From Armatimonadota bacterium (lineage in GTDB: Bacteria; Armatimonadota; UBA10988): DNA of 51,700 bases. The notes under the pieces are model-generated. The model saw only the letters and a program-made list of their open reading frames with translations, had not been told where the DNA came from and searched no databases. Below are positions 1 to 9,416 of the stretch, piece by piece. A program made the translations under genes and the position numbers. The number at the start of each line of letters is the position of its first letter. Position 1 is the first letter of the stretch. Location of the stretch: assembly GCA_016235455.1 (NCBI GenBank), contig JACRKZ010000072.1, positions 1 through 51,700 of the forward strand, written 5' to 3'.

Positions 1-1
1 C

Positions 2-1474
2 CAGACCATTGGCCAACGGTTTGGCCTGAGTGGCGAGGAAGGTGTCGGCCTCGCCCTCGACCAGCCGTTGCAGGCCGAACGGCGGCAGCGTCATCTGGTT
101 GCCATCGCAGCCGACCAGCAGCGTTGACGATTCTGGCTGCCCGAGCACCGCGCGCGGGGTGGACTCAAAGCCATCGCAGAGCCGCCAGACCGCGCCACCC
201 GTGTCATCGGGCGCCACGGCCAGCAGGCCGTTGAGCCCGTCGCCGAGGAGCACGAGCCCGCTGACCGCCGCCGGTTGGCAGGTACGCGTCAGCTTGCCCG
301 GCGTGGGCACGACGGTGTGCGGCCCCAGGCGCCATGTGCGATTGCCCGTGTCCACCGCGTGCAATCGACAGAAGGCGCCCGCGGCCTCAACGATGAACAG
401 GCCGTCGGCGTCGACCACCAGACCGATGGGCGACGGCACCTTGTCCAGCCGACCCACCGCCCGCGACCCGGCCGGATTGAAGGCGCTCAGCCGGCACGAC
501 TTTGGGTCGCTGCCGACCGTGAAGAGAATCTCGTCACGGAAGGCCACCGGGCCCGCGGTGAACAGCTCGTCCCGGCCCGGTCGCAGCACGTCGCGCTGGG
601 TCCAGCCTTTCGGGCCTTCGGTCACTTCCCACAGATGACCGGCACACAGCACGTAGACGCGATCGCGGTAGGTGCAGACCCCCAGCGGGTCGACCAGATC
701 CTTGGCCAGCACCTGCGGCGGCACCCCGGCCGAGACCCACACCAGTTGGCCCGTCGCCTGGTCGAGCACCAAGGGCCGACCGTCGGCCGACTGCGCCAGC
801 CCGGCGACCTGCGGCCAGTAGGCCGTCGGCCGCGCCGGCTCGATGGTGATGCCGGGCGGCAGCCCGACGCTGCCGGCGGCTTGCGGCGCGGGCGGCATCA
901 CGAATTGCTTGGCGCCCGGCGCGGTCTGGCGCTGCACACCGGCCGGCGTGGACAAGAAGCGCAGATCGACCGGCTCGAACTCGCCGCCCGGCCGCTTCCA
1001 CTCGAGCTTGCAGACGGCGCCGCCGCCGGCCTCGAACCAGCGCAGTTCGAGGTTGTAGAAGCCCTTCTCCAGGTAGGCGGGCGCGTCCTTGGGTTCGGGG
1101 CCATGCAGGCCGTCATGGTTGACCACCATCTGGCCGTTGAGCAGCAGCACCGAGCCGTCGTCGGAGGTGAGCCGAAACACATAGAGCCCGGTGAACGGTG
1201 CTTCGAGGCGCCCGCTGATGACGGCCAGGAAGTTGTCGGTGAGGCCGCCGAGCTCCGCCGGCCGCTCGTCGGACAGATCGATGGTCTTGAGGGGTGCGCG
1301 GTAGTTGGGCAGTTGGCCTTCGGCCGGCAGCGGTGTGCGGTCCACCCCCCGGCCCAGATCGTAGACGCGCAGGTCGAGCCCCGGCTCGTAGGCGACCTGG
1401 GCCGTGGCGGCCAGACTGGCCAGCAGGACAGCGCCGAGGAAGAGCGCGGCGCGGCACAACTTCGACATTCGCAT
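2..1474 (-). CDS. Secreted PA14-domain protein with probable C-terminal beta-propeller region (partial, runs off the left edge)
   Basis: Not in the ORF track because it has no stop in the window. Translated by hand: MRMSKLCRAALFLGAVLLASLAATAQ signal peptide, then NFLAVISGRLEAPFTGLYVFRLTSDDGSVLLLNGQMVVNHDGLHG...LELRWFEAGGGA (PA14 signature). GAGGGG RBS lies 6 nt upstream of the ATG at 1474. Confidence 0.8.
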   Translation of the reverse strand, partial: MRMSKLCRAALFLGAVLLASLAATAQVAYEPGLDLRVYDLGRGVDRTPLPAEGQLPNYRAPLKTIDLSDERPAELGGLTDNFLAVISGRLEAPFTGLYVFRLTSDDGSVLLLNGQMVVNHDGLHGPEPKDAPAYLEKGFYNLELRWFEAGGGAVCKLEWKRPGGEFEPVDLRFLSTPAGVQRQTAPGAKQFVMPPAPQAAGSVGLPPGITIEPARPTAYWPQVAGLAQSADGRPLVLDQATGQLVWVSAGVPPQVLAKDLVDPLGVCTYRDRVYVLCAGHLWEVTEGPKGWTQRDVLRPGRDELFTAGPVAFRDEILFTVGSDPKSCRLSAFNPAGSRAVGRLDKVPSPIGLVVDADGLFIVEAAGAFCRLHAVDTGNRTWRLGPHTVVPTPGKLTRTCQPAAVSGLVLLGDGLNGLLAVAPDDTGGAVWRLCDGFESTPRAVLGQPESSTLLVGCDGNQMTLPPFGLQRLVEGEADTFLATQAKPLANGL

Positions 1475-1573
1475 GGTCATCCCCTCACTCGGGCTGCCGA
1501 CTACTGCATGGACGGACAGCGGTGCGGGCGCGTTCCCCGCGGGCCCGCGAAGTCCTTCCCAAGCGCCCCGCCT

Positions 1574-1945
1574 TCAGGCCGGCTCATCACCCAACAGGGA
1601 CTGCACGCGCTCGACGAAGTCATGCATGGCGAACGGCTTGGCCAGGAACATGTGCGGCCCGTCGGTGTGGGCCGTCAACGGCTGACCGTAGTCGTCCTCG
1701 AGGCAGGAGACCATGAGCACGGGCACGGCCCGGAAGGCGCGCAATTGCGAGCAGATGGCCACGCCATCGCCGTCGGGGAGGAAGAGATCGAGCACGACGA
1801 GGTCGAACTCCTCGGTGGCGGCCAGTTCGAGCGCCTGCGTGGCGGTCCTGGCCACCAGCGTGCTGATGCCCACCCGCGCCAGCGCCGAGCTTTCCAGCCT
1901 GGCCATGACGCGGTCATTCTCCACCACCAGCACTCGTCGGCCCAT
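1574..1945 (-). CDS. Stand-alone response regulator receiver domain
   Basis: C-terminal 123 aa of track ORF 1574..3598: RVLVVEND...FDLVVLDLFLPDGDG...VLMVS...FLAKPF. ATG at 1945 lies just after the stop of the upstream gene. Confidence 0.85.
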   Translation of the reverse strand: MGRRVLVVENDRVMARLESSALARVGISTLVARTATQALELAATEEFDLVVLDLFLPDGDGVAICSQLRAFRAVPVLMVSCLEDDYGQPLTAHTDGPHMFLAKPFAMHDFVERVQSLLGDEPA

Positions 1946-1947
1946 GG

Positions 1948-4353
1948 TCAATCGCCCTCGCGCGAGATGCCGCGCCAATACAGCCCCACCGCACCTGTCA
2001 CGCCGTAGAGTATAGCACCGACCACGAGCACCGCCTGGTAGCCCGCCAGCGACGCCACGGCCGCCGCCAGCACCGACCCAGTCACCGACAGCACGCCGTT
2101 CACGGCCCAGGCCATGGGCACCCACTCGACGCGACGCTCGCCCAGCAGCCGTAGCCCGGTCGGGAACGGCTGACCCATGAGCAGGCCCATCGGCAGCACG
2201 CACGCCGCCACCAGCGCCACGCGCGCCGCCAGGGGCGCGCTCAGCACATGCTGGCCGAGCAGCGGCGCCAGCCAGCCGGCCGCCAGTTGCACCGCCATCA
2301 ACACGGGGATGAGCAGGCGCAGCCGGCCCATGGCCTCGTCGGCCGTGCCGCGATTGGCCAGCAGCCCGCCCACGGCCGCGCCCAGCAGCAGCGTGAACAG
2401 AATCACCGTGAGCGTCAGCGTGGGATAGCCCAGAACCAGAACCAGCTTCTGGATGAGCGCCACCTCGACCAACAGGAAGGCGGCGCCGAGACCCGCGAAG
2501 TAGAGCACCGGCGGCGCGGCGTAGCGCAGCCGGGCGCCCAGGTCGCCATCGACCGACCAGGCGGTGACGGCCAGCGCGAGCAGCAGCGCCAGCGCCCCGG
2601 CGCCCAGGCTGAACCACAGGATGGGCAGCAGCATCGGGTTGAGCCCGGGCGCCATGTCGGCGTAGAACGGGCGATTGTCGGTCACCGGCGACAGGTTGAG
2701 GCGCACCAGCGGACCGCCCAGGCGCAGCCGCACCAGGTAGTCGTCCTGGTCGGCCAGCCGCCGCGCGTACTGCGCGGCACTGGTGCACTCGCGCAATGCG
2801 GCGTAGGGCTGGTTCTCGGCGACGCCCGGCACATAGCGCAGGTGGAAGCCCGACTCGATGCGCTTGAAGGTCTTGCGCTCCTCGGCCGTGAACGGCTTCT
2901 TGGAGAGCAGCATCAGGTATTGGTAGGGCGTGCTGGACAGTTCGCCGCGAATGCCCAGGTAGGCCAGGCGGTCCGCGATGTCCGGCCCCTTGAGCCCGGT
3001 CTGCATGAGCGCCGCCACCGCGGTGGCCAGGCAGCGGTCGGTCAGCGCCGGGTTCTGGAAGACCAGCGCCAATTGGCCCTTGTCGCTCAGGTGGCTCCAA
3101 TACTGGCTGAAGGCCTCGACGGTGTACAGGTAGTTGTCGACCAGCGCCATGCCGCCCTGCTGCGTGGTGGCGCTCTTGGCCAGCGCGAAGTAGATGACGT
3201 CGTAGCGACGGTTCGACCGCGACATGTAGCTGCGGCCCTCGTCGATGATCAGACCCGGGTCGATCTCCGGCCGGCGGTAGAGGTTGCCGTAGAAGCTGCT
3301 GTACTTGGCGGTCACCCGCGCGATGGCCGGGTTGATTTCCACCGGCTCGATCTTCTTGGCGCCGCCCAGCAGCGCCAGCAGGCAGTCGAGCCCGCCGCCG
3401 GGACCAATGCACAGTACGCGCTCCGCCCCTGGGCGCAGACCGTAGGGCACGAAGCCGATGAACCCGCCGTACTTGAGCATCTCCTCGCGCGTGCCGCCGA
3501 ACGGCTCCATCTGGGTGGGCACATCGCCGTCGGTCCAGATGAACAGCGTGTCGGTGCCGGCGTTGCTGACCACATCGGTGCGCGCCACGGGCGACCACTC
3601 GGTGTAGAGCACCTTGGCGCCGACCTTCGGGTCACCCAGTTCCTGGAACAGCGGCTTGACCTTGGACTGGTCTTCGCTGCGCAGCGCTGGCAGGCCCAGC
3701 GCGCCGGGCTGGAGCTGATTGCCCAGCAGCCAGAAGTTGGCCAGCGCCACGGTCACCGCGGCGATGCGCCACCACGAGCGGCCGCGCGTCAGGCCCAGTG
3801 CCGCCAGGGCGGTCAGCAGGCCCAGCAGCATGGGCACGGCCACGCCGCCGACGCGACTGAGCACCGCCGCGGTGACCAGCGCCGCCAGACCCGCGCCGCC
3901 AAGGTCGAAGAAGTAGAGCTTGCCCGAATCGTTGGCATGGGCGCGGAAGGCACGCGACAGGAACAAGCCCGCGGCCAGATAGGGCGCCGCGGTGAGCACC
4001 GCGACCGCCGGCCCCCGCGCGTCGGCGATCAGGTCCTTGGCCACGGTCAGCAGGACCAGCAGCGGCACCGGCAGCAGCACCGCCAGCGCCAGCAACGGCC
4101 GGCCCAGGTAGCGGGCTTCATCGTCGGGGTCAGGCGCCGCGCGGGAGTCGAGCACCGCCGCCAGCGCGGCCCCCAGGCCCAGCCCGCAGACGGCCACGGA
4201 CAGGATCAGGAAGACGAACGGCGAGCGGAACAGGACCGAGAAGATGCGGGTCAGCGCAATCTCGTAGGCCAGCACCGAGAAAGCCGTGGCGGCCACGGCC
4301 AGCCGAACGGATACGCGCAGCCGCACCGGGGCGCGGAGGGTAGATTCGCTCAT
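1948..4353 (-). CDS. Membrane protein with a central spermidine-synthase-like / class I SAM-binding domain
   Basis: Multiple N- and C-terminal TM segments (LAYEIALTRIFS; FLLVEVALIQKLVLVLGYP; WAVNGVLSV). Central VLCIGPGGG...VEINP...DEGRSY...YDVIY...NYLYTVEAF. Confidence 0.85.
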   Translation of the reverse strand: MSESTLRAPVRLRVSVRLAVAATAFSVLAYEIALTRIFSVLFRSPFVFLILSVAVCGLGLGAALAAVLDSRAAPDPDDEARYLGRPLLALAVLLPVPLLVLLTVAKDLIADARGPAVAVLTAAPYLAAGLFLSRAFRAHANDSGKLYFFDLGGAGLAALVTAAVLSRVGGVAVPMLLGLLTALAALGLTRGRSWWRIAAVTVALANFWLLGNQLQPGALGLPALRSEDQSKVKPLFQELGDPKVGAKVLYTEWSPVARTDVVSNAGTDTLFIWTDGDVPTQMEPFGGTREEMLKYGGFIGFVPYGLRPGAERVLCIGPGGGLDCLLALLGGAKKIEPVEINPAIARVTAKYSSFYGNLYRRPEIDPGLIIDEGRSYMSRSNRRYDVIYFALAKSATTQQGGMALVDNYLYTVEAFSQYWSHLSDKGQLALVFQNPALTDRCLATAVAALMQTGLKGPDIADRLAYLGIRGELSSTPYQYLMLLSKKPFTAEERKTFKRIESGFHLRYVPGVAENQPYAALRECTSAAQYARRLADQDDYLVRLRLGGPLVRLNLSPVTDNRPFYADMAPGLNPMLLPILWFSLGAGALALLLALAVTAWSVDGDLGARLRYAAPPVLYFAGLGAAFLLVEVALIQKLVLVLGYPTLTLTVILFTLLLGAAVGGLLANRGTADEAMGRLRLLIPVLMAVQLAAGWLAPLLGQHVLSAPLAARVALVAACVLPMGLLMGQPFPTGLRLLGERRVEWVPMAWAVNGVLSVTGSVLAAAVASLAGYQAVLVVGAILYGVTGAVGLYWRGISREGD

Positions 4354-4748
4354 AACTCTCGCGGAAGGTTACCGGCGTGGAGCGCCCAGAGGAGCATGAC
4401 CAGCAACGAGATCCACCATGAGCAGACCAGCACGATCTGGCCGCCGCTGAGTTCGCGCGCGTGCCGCCGCACCAGGCCCACGGTGATCAGCAGGTTCAAG
4501 CCCAGCCAGATCGCCGCCACCGCCACCACGGTAGGCGCACCGTTGTACAGGATCCACAAAGACCAGCCAAACTGAGCCACGGCCAGCAGCACCAACAGCT
4601 CATAGGAGCCGAAGACTACTCGCCTCAGCAGATCCGACCGATGCGCCAGGGTGATGGCTGACAAGTTGAAGGTCCACACCAACGTCAGCATCAACGAATC
4701 CAGCACTCGTCCTCTCACGGCCCGCTTGGCAGGGGCGCCCGGCCTCAT
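4350..4748 (-). CDS. Hypothetical integral membrane protein
   Basis: About 4 hydrophobic segments; 4-bp ATGA overlap with the downstream gene. Confidence 0.6.
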   Translation of the reverse strand: MRPGAPAKRAVRGRVLDSLMLTLVWTFNLSAITLAHRSDLLRRVVFGSYELLVLLAVAQFGWSLWILYNGAPTVVAVAAIWLGLNLLITVGLVRRHARELSGGQIVLVCSWWISLLVMLLWALHAGNLPREL

Positions 4749-4784
4749 ATCGACCGGCGCGCGCCAACCTGTAGGGTCCGATGG

Positions 4785-5699
4785 CTATTTGGACACCGTG
4801 AACTCGCGTTCGACACGTGTCACGCCGCCGTTCTCGATGCGCTTGCCATCGAGCTCCAGCCAGGCAATGAGCTTATGCTTGCCCGGGTCGAGACCAAACA
4901 ACTGCACCGGCGCCGTGGGCGGGTAGCTGGTGACCACCGCGGCATCGGAGTCTGGTGCGTTGTCCAGCTTGTACTTGAGCATGGTGCCCGCCTCGGACAG
5001 CTTCACGCCGTCGATGCGCAGGTCCATGAGCACCGCGCCGATGTCGTCGAGCTTGGCATCGCCAAACGGGCGACCGATGTTGATGATCGGCGCGCTGGCG
5101 CTGAAGCCCGGCACCGGCATGGGCGTGGGGCCGATGGTGAAGGTGCGCACGGACTGCGCCGCGGTCATGGAGACCACACCCTTCTCATCGCAGGGGATCA
5201 CGCGCAGCACGTGCGGGCCAGGCTTGAGGTCGCTGATGCTCACCGCCTCGCCGGCCTTGACCAGCCGCGTCAGGTGCGCGTCGATCTGCGCCAGGTAGAA
5301 CTTGCTGTCGGCGCTGCCCAGCTTGAGCGGCAGCTTGCCATCGGCGAAGGCCGCGCCATCGGTGGGCGACTCGACCACGCCGCCGGAGGTGGTCACGTTG
5401 GACGGCGCGCGCACCATCTTGGCCGGCAGTGCCGCGGCAACGGCCGGCGGTAGATTGCCCGCCACCGCCGGACCCGTGGCGGTCGGCGCATTGGGCAGGG
5501 GGCTCGCGGCCAGCGTGGTCGGCCCGGCCATGGTGCCGCCGTTGAGCGTCATCGGCTCGGCGGTGGCCAGGCCGCCGCCATCGCCGGGCGCCGACGGCGG
5601 GGCGTCCACCCGGTCGCGCGAGGCCAACCTGGGCCGCCGGCAGCCACCCAGCGCCAGCACCGCGCACGCCAACATCAGCAGGGCCAAACGCCGTCGCAT
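4785..5699 (-). CDS. Hypothetical lipoprotein with a Pro/Ala linker and two probable small beta-sandwich domains
   Basis: MRRRLALLMLACAVLALGGC lipobox; related motifs LKPGPHVLRV and LDPGKHKLIA; start abuts the SOD stop. Confidence 0.75.
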   Translation of the reverse strand: MRRRLALLMLACAVLALGGCRRPRLASRDRVDAPPSAPGDGGGLATAEPMTLNGGTMAGPTTLAASPLPNAPTATGPAVAGNLPPAVAAALPAKMVRAPSNVTTSGGVVESPTDGAAFADGKLPLKLGSADSKFYLAQIDAHLTRLVKAGEAVSISDLKPGPHVLRVIPCDEKGVVSMTAAQSVRTFTIGPTPMPVPGFSASAPIINIGRPFGDAKLDDIGAVLMDLRIDGVKLSEAGTMLKYKLDNAPDSDAAVVTSYPPTAPVQLFGLDPGKHKLIAWLELDGKRIENGGVTRVEREFTVSK

Positions 5700-6482
5700 C
5701 TACAGACTCCTCGCGGCGGCCAGGAACGCCGCCTCCACCGCGGGCCAGTTGACCAGTCGGAACCAGGACTCGATGTAGGCCGCGCGGTCGGGGCCGTAAT
5801 CGTGGTAGTAGGCATGTTCCCAAACATCGAGCGCCAGCAGCGGGGCGGCCCCCCACACCCCACCCAACTCATGCATGGAGCACGCGTAGTTGTGCAGCCG
5901 GCGGTCGTGCGGCGTAAGCGCCAGGATGGCCCAGCCGTTGCTGGGCGTGCCCGCCGTACCCACGAACTCCTCACGCCAGCGCTCGAAGCTGCCAAAGTCG
6001 GCGGCCAGCTTGCCCACCACGTTCATGTCGGCGGATCGCGGCGCGCCACCCGGCGTGAGCCGATCCCAGTAGATCTCGTGCAGCACGACGCCGCTGGCAT
6101 TGAACGTCTCGCGCCGCTTGAGGTCGCCAAACGTCTCGTCGGCGCTGTCGGGCGCGATGGTGCTCAGTTGCTCGACATCCAGTTCGATGCCGTTCAGCGC
6201 CTTCACATAGCCGGCCTGATGGCGGTCGTGGTGCCAGGCCACGGTCTGCGCGCTGATGCCGCGCAGCTTGGCCTCTGGCAGGACCAGAGCGTCCGTGGCA
6301 TACGGCAGCGGCTTCAGCGCGTGCTGGCCAGGCCCGTGGCTCTGCGCCCGCCACCAGGCCGGCGTGGCCGCCGCGGTCGGGTCTGCCGAACGCGGCGCGC
6401 GCGACCCGGTGCAGCCGGCCAGCAGAGCCGCGCCGCCGCCCGCCGCACCCAGGAATGCTCGCCTGCCGAGTCGCTCGTCCAT
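5700..6482 (-). CDS. sod: Fe/Mn superoxide dismutase with Tat signal and lipobox
   Basis: LKPLPYATDAL, WHHDRHQAGYV, LHEIYW and DVWEHAYY ligand motifs; N-terminus MDERLGRRAFLGAAGGGAALLAGC. Confidence 0.9.
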   Translation of the reverse strand: MDERLGRRAFLGAAGGGAALLAGCTGSRAPRSADPTAAATPAWWRAQSHGPGQHALKPLPYATDALVLPEAKLRGISAQTVAWHHDRHQAGYVKALNGIELDVEQLSTIAPDSADETFGDLKRRETFNASGVVLHEIYWDRLTPGGAPRSADMNVVGKLAADFGSFERWREEFVGTAGTPSNGWAILALTPHDRRLHNYACSMHELGGVWGAAPLLALDVWEHAYYHDYGPDRAAYIESWFRLVNWPAVEAAFLAAARSL

Positions 6483-6489
6483 GGTCTGC

Positions 6490-7602
6490 TCAATCTCCGT
6501 GGGCACCGGCCTGCGCCGTCTGCCGCAGGGCGTGGTCAACCAGTACCAAGGCGCACATGGCCTCCACCACCGGCACTGCGCGCGGCACCACGCACGGGTC
6601 GTGTCGACCGCGCGCGGCCAGCACCGCCGGCTCGTGCTCGGTAGTCACCGTCTCCTGCTGCGAGCGGATCGTGGCCGTGGGCTTGAAGCCTACTCTCATG
6701 ACGACAGCTTCGCCGTTGCTGATCCCTCCCTGGACCCCACCCGACCGATTCGTCCGCGTGCGCACGCGCTGCTGCTCGTCGACATAGAAGGTGTCGTTGT
6801 GCTCGCTGCCGTGCTGTGCCGCCCCGGCAAAGCCCGAGCCGATCTCGAACCCCTTCGACGCGGGGATCGACATCATGGCTTTGGCCAGATCGGCCTCGAG
6901 CTTGTCGAACACCGGCTCGCCCCAGCCCGCGGGCACGCCGCGCGCCACGCAGCCGACAATGCCGCCCAGGCTGTCGCCGGCGCACCGGGCTTCGTCCACC
7001 GCGGCGAACATGCGCGCCGACGCCTCGGCATCGGGGCAACGCGCGGCATTGGGCTCGCCGTCGGGCAAGGTCTCCACGGCGGCGCGCGTCACTGCTTCCG
7101 GGTCGACCTCGGCGCAGATCCTGCCGATCTGCGTCACGTAGCCCAGGATCTCCACGCCCCAGCGCTCAGCCAGCAGCTTGCGGGCGATGGCGCCCGCGGC
7201 CACGCGGCCAATCGTCTCGCGCGCCGAGGAGCGGCCGCCGCCGGCCCACATGCGGTGGCCGTACTTGGCGTCGTAGGTGTAGTCGGCGTGGGACGGGCGG
7301 TAGACCGTGCGCATCTCGTCGTAGTGCTGCGGCTTGGTGTCCTCGTTGGCCACCATCAGCGCGATGGGCGTGCCCAGCGTGAGCCCCTCGAACACACCCG
7401 ACAGGATGCTGACGCGGTCGGCTTCCTGGCGTGGCGTCGACAGCCGGCTCTGGCCAGGCCGCCGGCGGTCCAGGTCCACTTGGATGTCGGCCTCGCTCAA
7501 GGCCAGCCGAGCCGGGCAACCATCGACCACCACCCCCACCGCGCCGCCGTGCGACTCACCGAACGTCACGATCGAAAAGAGTGTGCCGAATCGACTGCCC
7601 AT
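6490..7602 (-). CDS. aroC: Chorismate synthase
   Basis: [40 protein letters not shown] and GRHDPCV motifs. Confidence 0.97.
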   Translation of the reverse strand: MGSRFGTLFSIVTFGESHGGAVGVVVDGCPARLALSEADIQVDLDRRRPGQSRLSTPRQEADRVSILSGVFEGLTLGTPIALMVANEDTKPQHYDEMRTVYRPSHADYTYDAKYGHRMWAGGGRSSARETIGRVAAGAIARKLLAERWGVEILGYVTQIGRICAEVDPEAVTRAAVETLPDGEPNAARCPDAEASARMFAAVDEARCAGDSLGGIVGCVARGVPAGWGEPVFDKLEADLAKAMMSIPASKGFEIGSGFAGAAQHGSEHNDTFYVDEQQRVRTRTNRSGGVQGGISNGEAVVMRVGFKPTATIRSQQETVTTEHEPAVLAARGRHDPCVVPRAVPVVEAMCALVLVDHALRQTAQAGAHGD

Positions 7603-7620
7603 CTGGTCCTCCGCCGGCCA

Positions 7621-7649
7621 AGTGTACCGCTCGCGGGCGCGGGCGACAA
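7621..7649 (-). promoter_or_regulatory. Sigma70-type promoter for the aroC-sod run
   Basis: Minus strand TTGTCG-17 nt-TACACT, followed by a GGAGG RBS before aroC. Confidence 0.6.
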
Positions 7650-7700
7650 GGAGCGCGGCGGTCGGCGGCGAACCGCTGACCTCAGACGGGAGATTGTGCG

Positions 7701-8999
7701 ATGAGCTTGATACAGGCCAGCCTCCGGCGCCGCGCGCTGGGTTGGCTCGCTGTCCTGGCCGCCTGCCAGCCTTTGTGGGCGGCCGTGGTGGTCGATGTAA
7801 GCCCCGATAAGGAAGCTGGGGTCTATGCCCCAGGCGATACCGTGACCTGGTCGGTCAACGTCACCAACGACGACAAGCCCGCCACCGGCGAGGTGGCCTG
7901 GACGCTGCTCAAGGGCGGGCTCGCCCCCGTGGCCAGCGGCAAGCAGGCGCTCGACGGCGGCAAGGCCAGCCTCACCGGCACGCGCGCCGATGCCGGCACG
8001 CTGCTGCTGCAGGTGAACTACGAAGCCACCCCCGGCCAGCGCACCACCGGTCTCGGTGGCGCGGCCTTCGGCATCGACCAGATCAAGCCCTCGGCGCCCA
8101 CGCCCGACGACTTCGGCAGCTTCTGGGCCGGCAAGATCGCCGCGCTCAAAGCCGTGCCGATGAACGTGCAGATCACGCCGGTGGATATCGGCAAGCCCGA
8201 CCTGGAGTACTTCAAGGTCGATATGGATGGCTACAACGGCTCGAAGATCCATGGCCAGTTGTGCCGGCCCAAGGGCAAGACCAACCTGCCCGGCCTGTTG
8301 CAGGTGCAGTGGGCGGGCGTCTATCCGCTGTCGCGCGACTGGGTGGTCGGGCCGGCCTCCCAAGGCTGGCTGGCCTTCAACATCATCGCCCATGACCTGC
8401 CGATCGATGAGCCGGCGCAGTTCTACAAAGACCAGGACGCCAACCAGCTCAAGGGTTACCCGGCCATCGGTCGCGAAGACCGCGAGACCAGCTACTTCCT
8501 GCGCATGTACCTGTCGTGCTACCGGGCGGTGGACTACCTGATCGGCCGGCCGGAGTTCGATGGCAAGACCGTGCTCGTGCAAGGCGGCAGCCAGGGCGGC
8601 GGCCAGTCGCTAATCACCGCGGGCCTGCACCCGGCGGTCACCGCTATCGCCGCCGACGTGCCCGCCATGTGCGACCACACCGGCCACCTGGCCGATCGCG
8701 CGCCGGGCTGGCCGCGGCTGTGCGGCTGGGGGCTCAAGCCCGACTCGGAGAAGACGCTGGTCGCGTGCCGGTACTTCGATGCGGTGAACTTCGCCAAGCG
8801 CGCGCACTGCAAGACGGCCTTGGTAGGCATCGGCCTGATCGACACCACCTGCCCGCCGGAAGGCTGTCTCGCAGCCTACAACGCGCTGCCGTGCACCAAG
8901 CAGTTGGTGCTCATGCCCAAGCGCGGCCACGGTGGCGACCACGGCGCCTACTACGCTGCTTACGGCAAGTTCGTCGACGGGGTGCGGCGGGGCCAGTAA
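7701..8999 (+). CDS. Secreted acetylxylan esterase / cephalosporin-C deacetylase family (CE7) with N-terminal Ig-like domain
   Basis: Signal peptide; PDDFGSFW; GGSQGG nucleophile motif; GLIDTTCPP; RGHG. Confidence 0.88.
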   Translation: MSLIQASLRRRALGWLAVLAACQPLWAAVVVDVSPDKEAGVYAPGDTVTWSVNVTNDDKPATGEVAWTLLKGGLAPVASGKQALDGGKASLTGTRADAGTLLLQVNYEATPGQRTTGLGGAAFGIDQIKPSAPTPDDFGSFWAGKIAALKAVPMNVQITPVDIGKPDLEYFKVDMDGYNGSKIHGQLCRPKGKTNLPGLLQVQWAGVYPLSRDWVVGPASQGWLAFNIIAHDLPIDEPAQFYKDQDANQLKGYPAIGREDRETSYFLRMYLSCYRAVDYLIGRPEFDGKTVLVQGGSQGGGQSLITAGLHPAVTAIAADVPAMCDHTGHLADRAPGWPRLCGWGLKPDSEKTLVACRYFDAVNFAKRAHCKTALVGIGLIDTTCPPEGCLAAYNALPCTKQLVLMPKRGHGGDHGAYYAAYGKFVDGVRRGQ

Positions 9000-9013
9000 G
9001 CGGATCGACCATC

Positions 9014-9061
9014 GAGCACACGGAGACCAGCGCACCCGGATGCACTGGTCTCCGTGTGCTC
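9014..9061. terminator. Long GC hairpin between convergent genes (probable bidirectional terminator)
   Basis: Perfect 17-bp inverted repeat GAGCACACGGAGACCAG / CTGGTCTCCGTGTGCTC with a 14-nt spacer; no U-tract. Confidence 0.65.
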
Positions 9062-9124
9062 CGAGGCAGCCCGAACCAGTGCCGGACCGGTGCGTGGGCA
9101 CCACGCGATAGCCGCCGGTGCCGG

Positions 9125-9409
9125 TCAGATGACCTCGTGGTGGATGCCCACCAGTTCCGCCTCGGTGGTGCTCTCCGCGTAGTCGATGAGTTGCTCGATG
9201 AGCCGTGACACGACGCCGCGGTCGCCCGAGATGACGGAGATGCCGATGCCGGCCAGATCCCACTGGTCCTGGTGGTCGATCTCGGCGGCGGAGACGTTGA
9301 AATGATGCCGCAGGCGGTCCACAAGACTGCGAACCACCTGCCGCTTCTCTTTGAGCGAACGACAGCCGTCGAGCCGAAAGGTCAGCTCGACGATGCCGAC
9401 GTAAGCCAC
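9125..9409 (-). CDS. ylxP: DUF503 (YlxP-like) protein
   Basis: SLKEKRQVV...FNVSAAEIDHQDQW; typical position after infB. Confidence 0.9.
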   Translation of the reverse strand: MAYVGIVELTFRLDGCRSLKEKRQVVRSLVDRLRHHFNVSAAEIDHQDQWDLAGIGISVISGDRGVVSRLIEQLIDYAESTTEAELVGIHHEVI

Positions 9410-9416
9410 GGCGGAC

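Noticed and set aside
275-2008. 577-aa and 202-aa plus-strand ORFs at the left edge
   Set aside because: Antisense shadows of the minus-strand PA14 and receiver genes.
1946-3598. N-terminal 550 aa of track ORF 1574..3598
   Set aside because: Off-frame overlap with the spermidine-synthase-like gene, Arg/Ala/Gly-rich; only the last 123 aa are a real receiver domain.
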